The notes: a model not told the origin generated them from the sequence alone. 64,000 nt of DNA from Sedimentisphaerales bacterium (GCA_963663805.2 CAXXMR010000003.1:192001-256000), one strand, 5' to 3'; positions 39,968 to 49,735 are shown, counted from the stretch's first letter. Program-made: numbers and translations.

Positions 39968-41458
39968 TTAATTGACCGGAATAAAAATATAATTACTCAC
40001 GTCAAGCCAGTTTTCCGCCAATTCCAGGATATCTAAAATATCTATCAGGCCATTCCCGTCACAGTCACCGTCAAGCCCGTCACCTTCCATATTCCAGTTC
40101 TTAGTCATAACAGCCCAATCAGCCAGATCAACAGAACCATCCATATCAATATCAGCACTATCACGTAATGGGCCTGCGGGCAAAACCGCATCCAAAGCGG
40201 TTGTAACCGAAAAAGCGTCTATGTACGGCTCGTCACCAGAAACTATAAATTCGACGGCAATATATTCAGGATTATGAGCCAGACTGAAAACTTTGGTACT
40301 TCTGTACCAGTTGTAATCCTCCTGACCATTACCAATTAGCTGATCCACAAAATTGCTTGGCGTTACATCTGTTGCACCATCAATATCAACCGTAACTGTT
40401 CCTCTGTCATACCAGTCGTATTGGACCATGACTTTCAGGCTTCCTGTTTGGTTGCCTGTGGGAATATTGGCTGTAAGAGTATGGCTTGCATAAGGATTGC
40501 CGCGATAGATTCCGCCGTAAACCCCGTCCACCCAGTTCGGCTGATCACCGGCCACAACACTGTCAACATAAGGATGCCAGGTGAGGAATGGATTGGTAAT
40601 TACCATATCTCCTATCAAGGTTTCTTCTTCCCACATCATGTTTGGATCACCATAAGCATTGTCCACATTCCCATCCGGCTCATGAGACGGCAGGAATCTG
40701 CCCGAACCTGCTGACATAAGCCAATGCTGATGAGTATAACCTGGATCATTACTCCAGTCCGGAATCCAGGCATTATCGAAACCACTTTTGCACTCGGTGA
40801 AAATCAGTACCGGCGAAGTGGTATGCGGCATGGGGTTAGCACTGTCGTCAGCCCGGCTGGACCAGAATCCGGGATGCATGTTGATCTCAGGGTTGTCGGC
40901 ATTGACATCTTCCCGGCCGGTAACCGCCAGCCCCAGATTCTCCACCCCTTGTTCACCATTGGTCGTCTCAAACAATATCCACTGGTTCACCAAAGTGGTA
41001 ATATCCCAATAGCAGACACCATCCTTAAAAACCATTAAGCTGGCATAGGAGTCCAGAATGTGATTTTCGTTGACATAAAAATCGCGGGGCGTGACCGAAT
41101 AATTGAGTATATTGGTTACATCCATATCAACGTTGTGAACTGAGACCGTAACCGGGCTGGTGGTGGTCATTCCCATCGAACCTTCCGCTCCCGAGGCCAT
41201 TCGCAACCAAGCCCTTTCTACAGGAGTATCAGGCAGAGATGCGGAATCAAACTTCAGGAAAAGTATGGTTTCATAGCTCTCCAACCCATTTCCCATATCT
41301 ATTAACGCATGCGCGTTTGAAGTAAGCAGATAGGTCCGATCAGAAAAAACCATTGTTGACATAGGCGTATAAAAATCACTTTGAACGTCAATCAGCGTGC
41401 TTGCCAGGCAATTGCCGGCTAACAATATCGCTGTCATAAAAAAATATTTTTTTGTCAT
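39968..41458 (-). CDS. Secreted DNRLRE-like domain protein with C-terminal dockerin-like repeats
   Basis: Start at MTKKY; LKFD...A.L...DIT..VN.W; tail ADIDMDGSVDLAD / GDCDGNGLIDILD. Confidence 0.72.
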   Translation of the reverse strand: MTKKYFFMTAILLAGNCLASTLIDVQSDFYTPMSTMVFSDRTYLLTSNAHALIDMGNGLESYETILFLKFDSASLPDTPVERAWLRMASGAEGSMGMTTTSPVTVSVHNVDMDVTNILNYSVTPRDFYVNENHILDSYASLMVFKDGVCYWDITTLVNQWILFETTNGEQGVENLGLAVTGREDVNADNPEINMHPGFWSSRADDSANPMPHTTSPVLIFTECKSGFDNAWIPDWSNDPGYTHQHWLMSAGSGRFLPSHEPDGNVDNAYGDPNMMWEEETLIGDMVITNPFLTWHPYVDSVVAGDQPNWVDGVYGGIYRGNPYASHTLTANIPTGNQTGSLKVMVQYDWYDRGTVTVDIDGATDVTPSNFVDQLIGNGQEDYNWYRSTKVFSLAHNPEYIAVEFIVSGDEPYIDAFSVTTALDAVLPAGPLRDSADIDMDGSVDLADWAVMTKNWNMEGDGLDGDCDGNGLIDILDILELAENWLDVSNYIFIPVN

Positions 41459-41483
41459 TTTGCGGGTTCCCTTTTTAAAAATC

Positions 41484-41519
41484 ACTGCCGGCCTCGATAG
41501 ATGGCTTGAGGCCGGCAGT
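41484..41519 (-). terminator. 12-bp stem-loop after the PEP-CTERM gene (leaky terminator or stabiliser)
   Basis: ACTGCCGGCCTC...GAGGCCGGCAGT, followed by GATTTTT on the minus strand. Confidence 0.6.
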
Positions 41520-41545
41520 ACGGAGATATTGGCCCCTGAAGAGCC

Positions 41546-42268
41546 TTATTTCCTTTTCCTGAGACTCACCAGGCTGCCCAGACAAAGAAGCAGCATAGTG
41601 GCTGGTTCAGGAACGAAGGTATCGGATATATACGGAACTGAAGCCCCGGGAAATTGGCCATTATCAATGTCCCAGCTGCCAAAAGCGCCGCCGCCGGAAA
41701 AGATAATACCGTTGTTTACGCCGCCCACCCAACTATTATAAACATCGGTGATATCCACACTGCAAAGACCGGCGGATGTGATGCTTAGAGTTGCAAAGGG
41801 AGTGGCATTGATATGAGCGTCTTTAACCTGCTCCGGGGTGCTGGTCAGGTCACCGATATTTTCCACATCAATCGAGGCGGCGTAGAGATCGACAACCAGC
41901 GGACTTGCCACACTTGGAGCACTGATCCCCATCATACTGTTAACATAATCAATCTGTTCCAAAACCAGAAATGCCTGATCGACCGTTTCGGTCGGGCTGT
42001 CAAATTTTACCCAGCCATAACCCCAATATCCGGGATTGCCCATAACACCACTCAGAGGCTGGGCCAGGAAATAATCCTTATTATTGACTTCACCCGCCCG
42101 GTTGTCATAAAAGCCCAGTCCCATTTCACCGCCCATACTCGCCCCCATGAAGGTATAGCCGGTAATGGTACAGTTGTCATTGATTACAGCCGCTTTTACA
42201 TCAGCACAGAGGGTCAGTCCTACAAAAGCAACTACTAACATAAGTGTTATTTTTTTGATATTTTTCAT
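41546..42268 (-). CDS. Met-rich PEP-CTERM protein sharing its domain with 39968..41458
   Basis: KFDS..V..A.L, SMMG..SP, DV.NI, G.C..DIT...N.W; VPEP-TM-RKRK. Confidence 0.78.
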   Translation of the reverse strand: MKNIKKITLMLVVAFVGLTLCADVKAAVINDNCTITGYTFMGASMGGEMGLGFYDNRAGEVNNKDYFLAQPLSGVMGNPGYWGYGWVKFDSPTETVDQAFLVLEQIDYVNSMMGISAPSVASPLVVDLYAASIDVENIGDLTSTPEQVKDAHINATPFATLSITSAGLCSVDITDVYNSWVGGVNNGIIFSGGGAFGSWDIDNGQFPGASVPYISDTFVPEPATMLLLCLGSLVSLRKRK

Positions 42269-42383
42269 TGTTTTACTCCAAATCTAATTTCTAATTTACA
42301 CGTTAAAAAAATCCTAAGCACAACCTGCAAGTTACAACATTTTCCTAAACCATATCTAAAACCTCCTTCCTGAAACGACTTGC

Positions 42384-42427
42384 AAAAAAAGGAGCAATAG
42401 CAGGCTTTAAACACCTTCTATTGCTCC
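42384..42427 (-). terminator. Intrinsic terminator between DUF2023 and the heme cassette
   Basis: Minus strand GGAGCAATAG...CTATTGCTCC-TTTTTTT. Confidence 0.75.
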
Positions 42428-42524
42428 CTGGCTGGCTTATCGATGCTTGCTAGGTTGCAAGTTGTCTGGATTGTAATTTTTATAATACTATTAGATTGCT
42501 AAACAGTTAACTTTTTTCTGTCCT

Positions 42525-42884
42525 TTATTGAGCCGCGGAAAATAATTTTATTGTTTGCGGCGGGCTGTCATGCTTTTTGATTTCAAGATAGCGGCTGCAC
42601 TGTATTAATCGATCATAACCCAACATCGTTCCCAGTATGAAATCTTCTTCCGGAGTATAATCGTTCAAACAAGGCTTTCCTATCGTTCGGATGACTTCGA
42701 CACATGCCTCGGCACCGAAAAATACGTTTATGTTTCCATTTTTCAAGTGATATATCTCGTAGTCGATATTCATTTTGTCCAGCTTTTCCCGGACGCGACC
42801 TTCATAACGCAGCGAAGTGGTATGCAGGATCAGGTTGCGCAATCCCTTGCGGTATTCATAAATGTGATGATAGAAAACTTTCAT
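42525..42884 (-). CDS. DUF2023 family protein
   Basis: MKVFYHHIYEYRKG.R.L.L.T...TPEEDFILG.MLGY...QC.RY; coupled to the flavodoxin gene. Confidence 0.85.
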   Translation of the reverse strand: MKVFYHHIYEYRKGLRNLILHTTSLRYEGRVREKLDKMNIDYEIYHLKNGNINVFFGAEACVEVIRTIGKPCLNDYTPEEDFILGTMLGYDRLIQCSRYLEIKKHDSPPQTIKLFSAAQ

Positions 42885-43387
42885 AAGCCCAATTCATCCT
42901 GTAATTGTTTTACCCATTTTTTGATTCTGTCGGCAGTCTGGTCCGGCTGATTGTCGTCGTCGAGCGCCAGTCCCAGGAAATGACTATCTTTCGCCGCAAG
43001 GGAGCTGGTAAAATTGTATCCATCGGTGGGCCAGTTTCCCAGCAGCACGGCCCCGGCTTTTTCCACGGCCAGGGCGATAATACCAACAGCATCAATAAAT
43101 GTGTCGGCATATCCTTCCTGGTCACCGGTACCGAATACCGCAACTTTTTTTCCGGAAATATCTATTTCGTCAAAAGATTCTTTGCCGTACCAGTCGTCCT
43201 GCAGCTCACCCAAGCCCCAGGTGGAAGAACCCAGGACAAGCATGTCATAGTTCTGAAAATCGGAAACTTCTGACCCGGAAATATCATTCAAGCTCACCTC
43301 CCCCAGAGAGTCCAGTTCTGCCTTGATCTGCTCTGCCGCTGCCGAGGTGTTCCCCGTTGAACTACCGTAATAAATACCAATTTTCAT
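42881..43387 (-). CDS. fldA: Long-chain flavodoxin
   Basis: GSSTGNT, STWGLGELQDDW, FGTGDQ..Y...F, GLALDDDNQ. Confidence 0.92.
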   Translation of the reverse strand: MKIGIYYGSSTGNTSAAAEQIKAELDSLGEVSLNDISGSEVSDFQNYDMLVLGSSTWGLGELQDDWYGKESFDEIDISGKKVAVFGTGDQEGYADTFIDAVGIIALAVEKAGAVLLGNWPTDGYNFTSSLAAKDSHFLGLALDDDNQPDQTADRIKKWVKQLQDELGL

Positions 43388-43452
43388 TTGTATCTCCTAT
43401 TTTTAGATCAATACTATACATAGTAAAAATTTACCTAAACTTATAATCCGCG

Positions 43453-43650
43453 TTATTTATTCATAATAAGTTTGCCATGGCGAGTGATCCTGATCCGATA
43501 CGTTTCACCGGCATGACAAATATGAATTTCGTTATGGTTGCCAAAAAGCTGAGGAGTGTTATACACTTTAGGCTTGGCGTGACCAACATCCGCACTGGAG
43601 ACGGATTCTTTTCTTGAGCTGTAATCAGCGTGTAAATTTTGTTCCTGCAT
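43453..43650 (-). CDS. hemP: Hemin uptake protein HemP
   Basis: LFG...EI.I.H.GE.YRIRITR.GKLIMNK signature. Confidence 0.88.
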   Translation of the reverse strand: MQEQNLHADYSSRKESVSSADVGHAKPKVYNTPQLFGNHNEIHICHAGETYRIRITRHGKLIMNK

Positions 43651-43653
43651 GAT

Positions 43654-43953
43654 TTAATTCTCACCTAAAAACCGCTTTAATCTGTTGGGAATATTGCTGG
43701 CCTGTTCTTTCTGGCCAGAACCATATAAAGTTTCAGAATCTTCCTCAACATAGCTAAACAGATAATCAAAGTCGCCCGGCAGCGTCAGAAAAACTTCTTC
43801 AAATACCGTTCCATGCTGACATTTTCGCCGGGCTTCAACCAGCAGAAAGTCGCCTTTTCTTTTTACTTTGACATGGTTTACAAAAAAGGCTGCTTTAGCC
43901 ATGTTACTTCTCCTGATTCTGGGGTTTCGCTGTTTCGGCATCAATAATTTCAA
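43654..43953 (-). CDS. Hypothetical protein
   Basis: Fills the gap in the co-directional run. True start may be at MAKAAFF (about 43902). Confidence 0.4.
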   Translation of the reverse strand: MKLLMPKQRNPRIRRSNMAKAAFFVNHVKVKRKGDFLLVEARRKCQHGTVFEEVFLTLPGDFDYLFSYVEEDSETLYGSGQKEQASNIPNRLKRFLGEN

Positions 43954-44602
43954 AACAATCCCGCGGAGCGACCGACAAGATGTTTATCAATGCCTGCTTC
44001 TTTAATTTTGCCGCCTGGTGATGGCCGCAGGTGGCACCTTGGTTTTTAAGTTTAAAAAACTCCTCGGATATCAGTTCCGGACGCAGGCGAAAATGACATG
44101 TTTTATTTTCCGATATTCGCGTCGCCGTAAAAGTGAAGTTTTCGCGGCTCAGGGGGCCGGGCTCGTCTGTAAATTCAAGCTCCTTACCGGCATAAAAACT
44201 TAGCATATCCCAAACGCCGTCAGAGGCACTGCCAGCGGCAATGCTGAAATCGCTGATTTCGGGAGTATTCTGACCGAACAGCTTATCTACGGCAAAGCGA
44301 ATGGCCTGATAGCCAATTGTGACACCCAGACATAGGGGGTAATCCCGGGCAGAATGATTCTCTTTGTCGGCGCTTACCTGAAAATCGGTATGGCCATGCT
44401 CGCGTTCTTCATGCCAAAGATTCGCCTCATCCAGGGTGATAGTTTTGTTGTTACCTTCGGCATCAAATATCACCAAGACAGGCATCTGCTGACGTAACAA
44501 GACCATCGCCGCTCTGTCATCGTCTGTTTTTTTGCATCCTGATATGATTATGACCGATACTAGTAAAAGAATGATGATCGTTTTTAGACAAATTGATTTC
44601 AT
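43904..44602 (-). CDS. Lipoprotein with FmdE-like His/Cys metal-binding motif
   Basis: Lipobox IISGC from ATG 44602; HEEREHGH...LCLGVTIGY resembles the FmdE HGH..C.G...G motif. Confidence 0.6.
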   Translation of the reverse strand: MKSICLKTIIILLLVSVIIISGCKKTDDDRAAMVLLRQQMPVLVIFDAEGNNKTITLDEANLWHEEREHGHTDFQVSADKENHSARDYPLCLGVTIGYQAIRFAVDKLFGQNTPEISDFSIAAGSASDGVWDMLSFYAGKELEFTDEPGPLSRENFTFTATRISENKTCHFRLRPELISEEFFKLKNQGATCGHHQAAKLKKQALINILSVAPRDCFEIIDAETAKPQNQEK

Positions 44603-44628
44603 TTTTATAATTCCCATCTGTTTGTTTC

Positions 44629-45582
44629 TTACCATGTCGGATTGCAATTTATATCTGTCGGATTATTGCAGCTTAAAAAATGTTGGGCCAGATCAGCCAA
44701 ATCGAGTATATCCACTTTACAGTCATGATTAGTGTCGGCTTGCAGTCCCATCCCGGCCTGCCATACACCATGACAGGTCGAAGGTATGGTCGCGGGATCG
44801 TCAAACCAACTCTCGTCAAAGGCCGCGTCCTCAGGGGCATTGCAGGCCTGCCATTGGTCCGCCATAATCGCGAAGTCCGCAAGGTTGACATAAGCGTCCT
44901 TATTGACATCTTCCGCCAAGGCCCAGCCTAACAAAGCGACATCATTACGATCTGTCGGCATATCGGTATAGGCACTCCGAAACGAATCGAAAAATATGCC
45001 GGAATTTGAAACGGTGACTTCACGAAAAACACGAATAAAATGAACGTCTTCGCTAAACTTCCCATCAAAATCAAAAGTCGCATCATAGAAATATCCACCC
45101 GTGCCGGGCACCTGATTCAGTTCCCCTTCGATGACGCCAATTTGGGTAAAAACCGCACCGTCGGTACTGGCCCACACAGAAGCCTGGGCCAGGGGGCCGC
45201 AGTACATGCGAACGACAACGTCGTTAGCGTCAATGTCCCGAAGACCGTGATCGAATTCAACGATAATTTCCTGTTCGGCATGAAGCGGCGACCCGGTGCG
45301 CCAGCCGGCGACATAATCCTTGTCGCCCTGATCCCAGTCCCAGGCGTACATATTGCCGTTCTGATCGGAATCGGAAGGCCCCAGCACCAGCCAGGTCGTG
45401 GCGGGAGTCTCAGAAACCATCGGCAGCGAACCGGATCCGCTACAGCCTCCGTTCACAAAGCTGGCAATTTTACTGGTATGGCTGATAACCCGATCGGCCC
45501 AGTTTACACCATTAACATATTCCCCCTGACTTACCTGATTCCAGGCAAATATAATCAATAACAGACATATCATCTTTTTCAT
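44629..45582 (-). CDS. Secreted dockerin-like protein, close paralog of 46421..47071
   Basis: NWAD.V, GNM.AWD, DYVAGWR, RMYCG, QVPG, FDFDG and FFDSF are all shared; two dockerin-like repeats. Confidence 0.82.
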   Translation of the reverse strand: MKKMICLLLIIFAWNQVSQGEYVNGVNWADRVISHTSKIASFVNGGCSGSGSLPMVSETPATTWLVLGPSDSDQNGNMYAWDWDQGDKDYVAGWRTGSPLHAEQEIIVEFDHGLRDIDANDVVVRMYCGPLAQASVWASTDGAVFTQIGVIEGELNQVPGTGGYFYDATFDFDGKFSEDVHFIRVFREVTVSNSGIFFDSFRSAYTDMPTDRNDVALLGWALAEDVNKDAYVNLADFAIMADQWQACNAPEDAAFDESWFDDPATIPSTCHGVWQAGMGLQADTNHDCKVDILDLADLAQHFLSCNNPTDINCNPTW

Positions 45583-45604
45583 ATTTATAAATTCCTTTCA
45601 CGGC

Positions 45605-46348
45605 CTATTTTTGTTTGGCATACCAAAAGCCGCCAAATCTTTCTTCATCGAATCGAGAACAAAATGGTATTTCGTCTTCCGTGAATGATTCGATATGCTG
45701 GTCAAGAAAGATCATATTTACTCTTTCGTGATGACGAAAAGCAAAATTAGACTTGGGGCAACCGTCAAACAGCACAATTCCGGGCACTTGTATCGAGCCG
45801 CTGGCGTCACAAAACATCAACGAATCCGCCGGTTTTCGATATTCACTTTCGTGCCGATATTCCGTGGGCATATTACATTTTCCCGAAACTCCCCAGGTTC
45901 CGTTTGCCGCATAACTCAACGCAAACGTCCTTTCCTGAGCAGGATAATCCGGCGGGCTGTCACGAGACATTTCGGGATAACGATGACTGGGGCAGGTTAA
46001 AACCGTATCTTTGTTTTTAGTGTCGGGAGCAAGTAACTCGCCGTCTTCATCTTTTAAAATATCAACGGCCAGATAATTCATCAATTCCGGATTCATAAAC
46101 CAGTGCTGACTGACATGGCCGTATTTGCCCGGATATGGCTCAGCCGCGGGCATTTTACCTTTGTGGTCATCCAGGTACATTCTCAGGGCCAGACCCAGAT
46201 TTTTAAAATTTGATTTGCAGGCAACACATCGAGCCTCTTGCCTTGCCGCGCTCAGGCTGGGCATCAGTATTGATACCAGCAGTGCTATAATAGCTATAAC
46301 AACCAGTAGTTCTACCAGAGTAAACGCTTTGAAGTAATTTTTTTTCAT
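45605..46348 (-). CDS. Prepilin-type / H-X9-D(Q) protein, iron cassette
   Basis: [26 protein letters not shown]. Confidence 0.88.
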   Translation of the reverse strand: MKKNYFKAFTLVELLVVIAIIALLVSILMPSLSAARQEARCVACKSNFKNLGLALRMYLDDHKGKMPAAEPYPGKYGHVSQHWFMNPELMNYLAVDILKDEDGELLAPDTKNKDTVLTCPSHRYPEMSRDSPPDYPAQERTFALSYAANGTWGVSGKCNMPTEYRHESEYRKPADSLMFCDASGSIQVPGIVLFDGCPKSNFAFRHHERVNMIFLDQHIESFTEDEIPFCSRFDEERFGGFWYAKQK

Positions 46349-46365
46349 GCTTTACGCCTTGTGCC

Positions 46366-46399
46366 CAGGATACGGGTCTAAATGTAAACCCGTATCCTG
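46366..46399 (-). other. 12-bp intergenic stem-loop after the PEP-CTERM gene
   Basis: CAGGATACGGGT...ACCCGTATCCTG, no U-tract. Confidence 0.6.
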
Positions 46400-46420
46400 A
46401 ACAGTTTCGATATCATCCTG

Positions 46421-47071
46421 CTATTTTTTCTTTCTCAGACAAATGCCGCCCAGCCCCAGAAGAATCATAGTCATCGGCTCGGGAACCGAAGCGAACGAGT
46501 CAAAGAACATGCCGGTACCGCTGCCGGTTGTTTCCCGGTGGACTTTGACATAGCTAACGTCGCTTGATGTTAAGCCATCAAAATCAAACGCGGCATCATA
46601 GAGGAAACCGGGTTTGCCGGGAACCTGCATCGACTGCCCAATTATGGTGCCAACCTGGACCCAGTCGTTATTGTTAGTTTCGCTTACATAAACAGTCGCA
46701 CTGGCTTTGGAGCCGCAGTACATTCTTATTACCAGATCATCACCGGCGATATCCTGCAGAGGTTCGTTGAAACCTACTACTAGTTCCTGATCGACATTAC
46801 CACCGCGCCAACCCGCAACATAATCCAGGTCACCTCCAACAAAATCCCAGGCGTGCATATTTCCGGTCTGATCGGCATCCGAAGATCCCAGGGGCCAAAA
46901 TTCAGTGGCAGGAGTCATTAGTGTTCCGCCATAACTCTGAATCGCGCTGGTGTAGCTGACTACACTATCGGCCCAGTTCTGGCCGCCAACCAAAGCAGCC
47001 TGACTGACAGTTGCCAATGCACAGACCATTATCATTCCCAATACCTTATTCAAACTTTTTACTGATTTCAT
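46421..47071 (-). CDS. PEP-CTERM surface protein, iron cassette
   Basis: Signal peptide; VPEP-TM-RKKK. Confidence 0.85.
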   Translation of the reverse strand: MKSVKSLNKVLGMIMVCALATVSQAALVGGQNWADSVVSYTSAIQSYGGTLMTPATEFWPLGSSDADQTGNMHAWDFVGGDLDYVAGWRGGNVDQELVVGFNEPLQDIAGDDLVIRMYCGSKASATVYVSETNNNDWVQVGTIIGQSMQVPGKPGFLYDAAFDFDGLTSSDVSYVKVHRETTGSGTGMFFDSFASVPEPMTMILLGLGGICLRKKK

Positions 47072-47232
47072 TTTGATTGCTCCATTTCATTTTTTAATAT
47101 GTTTATTTTCAAGGTTCAAACTCCAATGATGCGTTATCAACTAGCTGGTATCCATTTTCCATAGCCTCCTTTCCGGCTCAGGTTGGCAACCCGTAAAAAG
47201 TAAGACGCGCCTAACTAAGCGGGTAAAAAAAA

Positions 47233-47640
47233 TTACTTGCCAGATTGCACACTTCCGGCCCGCAGCTCTTCAGACCTGGGCTTTGCTTTATAAACCTGGC
47301 TGCCTAATATAAAAACACTTCCTATACTCAATGCCATGACCAGAATCACGATAAGGGCCGCTGCCAGAGATTTCCCTTTATAGCGTATTATTCGGTTAAT
47401 TTTTGCCTGAAACCACTGCCAGTGCAGAGCCAGATGCAGGCCGCAAAAAACCAGCATAACAACTGACAGGGCAAAATGCATATGCCCGTAATCATGCCGA
47501 CTCAAACCCCAAAGCGTCCAACCGGAACAGCCCCTATAGCCCGGCGGCAATAAGAACCGCATAATCAGGCCGGTCCATACGATCGCGGCCAAAAGCAGCA
47601 GCAAAATAAAATCTATGATAAAATTTATCTGGGAACGCAC
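47233..47640 (-). CDS. DUF4405-like membrane protein
   Basis: Three TM helices with H..L...H..LHW His pattern. Confidence 0.7.
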   Translation of the reverse strand: MRSQINFIIDFILLLLLAAIVWTGLIMRFLLPPGYRGCSGWTLWGLSRHDYGHMHFALSVVMLVFCGLHLALHWQWFQAKINRIIRYKGKSLAAALIVILVMALSIGSVFILGSQVYKAKPRSEELRAGSVQSGK

Positions 47641-47646
47641 TTGCTA

Positions 47647-49731
47647 CTATCCAATAATTATACTGCCGATCTGATATACAATTACAGTTAACACATAAGC
47701 TACCGCGGTTAGTCCGCCAAATTGAAACAAGGCCCATTTCCACGAATTTGTTTCCCGGCGACATATCGCCAGAGTAGCAACACAGGGGGCGCTGATAAGG
47801 CAGAACAACATGATGCAAAACCCCTGCAGCGGCGAATAATTTTCGCTTAATTTATCTCGTAGCGGCTGAGATTCTTCATCCGCTTCACCGATGGAATAGA
47901 CGATGCCCATTTGGGCCACAAATACTTCCTTGGCCGCCAGACCACCAATCAGGGCCGTGCCAATACGGTAATCAAAACCCATGGGGCTTATTACCGACTC
48001 CATGGCCTTGCCTATCCGGCCGGCAATTGAACTTTGCAGTTCGACCTGTTGTATCTGTTCATCTGACATACCGGCCAAGTGGCTTTGGTCAGCTTTAGGA
48101 TAGCTGGTCATGGCCCACAGAATTATCGATATCGCCAGAATAACCGTGCCGGCCTTCTTCAAATAGAGCCAGCTTCTTTCCCACATGTGGATCAGCAAAC
48201 CCCGCAGGGTCGGCATGCGGTAAGGCGGCAGTTCCATCAGGAACAGGCCGCTGTCACCTTTTAATATTGACTTACGCAGCACTAAAGCGAGTACTATGGC
48301 CAGTACAATTCCGATCATATATATGAACCACATCATCAGGCCGTGCCATTGCGGAGCGAAAAAAGCGGGAATGATCAGAGCGTAGATCGGCAAACGCGCC
48401 CCGCAACTCATCAGCGGCAATACCATAATCGTAACAAGTCTGCTTTTGCGGTCGTCAAGTATTCGGGTGCCCATTATGGCGGGAATCGAACAGCCAAATC
48501 CAATCATCATCGGAATGAAACTGCGACCATGCAGACCTATTTTTTTCATAACCCGGTCCATCAGAAAAGCCGCCCGGGCCATGTAACCGGAATCCTCCAG
48601 CAGTGCAATCGCGAAAAACAGCAGGATTATATTGGGCAGAAATATCACTACCCCTCCTACCCCGCCGATAATCCCGTCAACAATAAGAGATTTGAGCGGG
48701 CTCTCAGAGCCTGCCGGCCATAACCCGGTGACAAATTCTCCCAGCCAGTCAAATCCACTCTCAATCCACCCCATGAATGGATCGCCAACCCAGAAGGTCA
48801 GCTTGAAAACCAGATACATCAAGGCCAGAAAAATGGGCATTCCCAGAATGCGGTTAAGCAATAACTTGTCCACAAAATCGCTGATTTGATGCCGCTGAGC
48901 AGCAGTGTGGGTCACCGCCTCTTCATATACACCTGATACGAAACCATAGCGTTTTTCCGCGATCAAAACCTCAGAACTGTCGGCGTAGAGCTTTTCCAGA
49001 TGCGCAACACTTCTGGCGACCTGGTTGATAACTTCGGGATCATGCCCCAGATCCAAAATCTGCTTATCTTGCTCCAGCAGTTTCAAGCTCAACCACCGCG
49101 TTCCGTATTTTTGAGCCAACTGGTGTTCATTGCCCGCCAGGAGTTCGATTTGGGCCAGTTCTTTTTCAATGTCAGGCCCGTAATTTACCTGCTTGATTTC
49201 CGGGTCGCTGCCAACTGATTGAACCTTTTGGATAATGGCATCGAGCAGATCATTGATGCCTTTGTCTTTAGACGCAACCGTCCGCAGAACCCCCGCATTA
49301 TAAAACCGGCCGATCTTCTCAGTATCAAAAACGACACCCTGCTTCTCGGCCATATCCGCCATATTCAACACTAGAATCAGCGGAACATTGAGTTCATGTA
49401 TTTGCGTTGCCAGATATAGATTTCGCTCAAAATTAGAGGCGTCAATAACGTCAATTACCACATCAGGCTGCTCATCGATGATAAAATCGCGTGCCACGAT
49501 CTCTTCAATGGAATGGGCTGTAAGACTGTAAGTTCCGGGCAGGTCGACAAACAAAATTTCGTGCCCTTTATAGTTGCGTACACCTTCCTTTTTTTCAACG
49601 GTAACTCCGGGATAATTCCCCACATGCTGCCGGGCACCGGTCAGAGCGTTGAAAATGGTGGTTTTGCCGCTGTTGGGATTGCCTGCCAGGGCCACGGTTA
49701 TTAATTTATCAGCCAATTCGGTTATCCTCAA
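47647..49731 (-). CDS. feoB: Ferrous iron transporter FeoB
   Basis: GNPNSGKTT, NYPGVTVE, DLPG, LEDSGYMARAA, GFGC, PCVAT. Confidence 0.97.
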   Translation of the reverse strand: MRITELADKLITVALAGNPNSGKTTIFNALTGARQHVGNYPGVTVEKKEGVRNYKGHEILFVDLPGTYSLTAHSIEEIVARDFIIDEQPDVVIDVIDASNFERNLYLATQIHELNVPLILVLNMADMAEKQGVVFDTEKIGRFYNAGVLRTVASKDKGINDLLDAIIQKVQSVGSDPEIKQVNYGPDIEKELAQIELLAGNEHQLAQKYGTRWLSLKLLEQDKQILDLGHDPEVINQVARSVAHLEKLYADSSEVLIAEKRYGFVSGVYEEAVTHTAAQRHQISDFVDKLLLNRILGMPIFLALMYLVFKLTFWVGDPFMGWIESGFDWLGEFVTGLWPAGSESPLKSLIVDGIIGGVGGVVIFLPNIILLFFAIALLEDSGYMARAAFLMDRVMKKIGLHGRSFIPMMIGFGCSIPAIMGTRILDDRKSRLVTIMVLPLMSCGARLPIYALIIPAFFAPQWHGLMMWFIYMIGIVLAIVLALVLRKSILKGDSGLFLMELPPYRMPTLRGLLIHMWERSWLYLKKAGTVILAISIILWAMTSYPKADQSHLAGMSDEQIQQVELQSSIAGRIGKAMESVISPMGFDYRIGTALIGGLAAKEVFVAQMGIVYSIGEADEESQPLRDKLSENYSPLQGFCIMLFCLISAPCVATLAICRRETNSWKWALFQFGGLTAVAYVLTVIVYQIGSIIIG

Positions 49732-49735
49732 AAAT

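Noticed and set aside
43425..43446. Possible DtxR box upstream of fldA
   Set aside because: Poor symmetry and weak match to the two clear palindromes.
43461..43664. 67-aa ORF overlapping hemP
   Set aside because: Alternative frame; the HemP signature is in 43453..43650.
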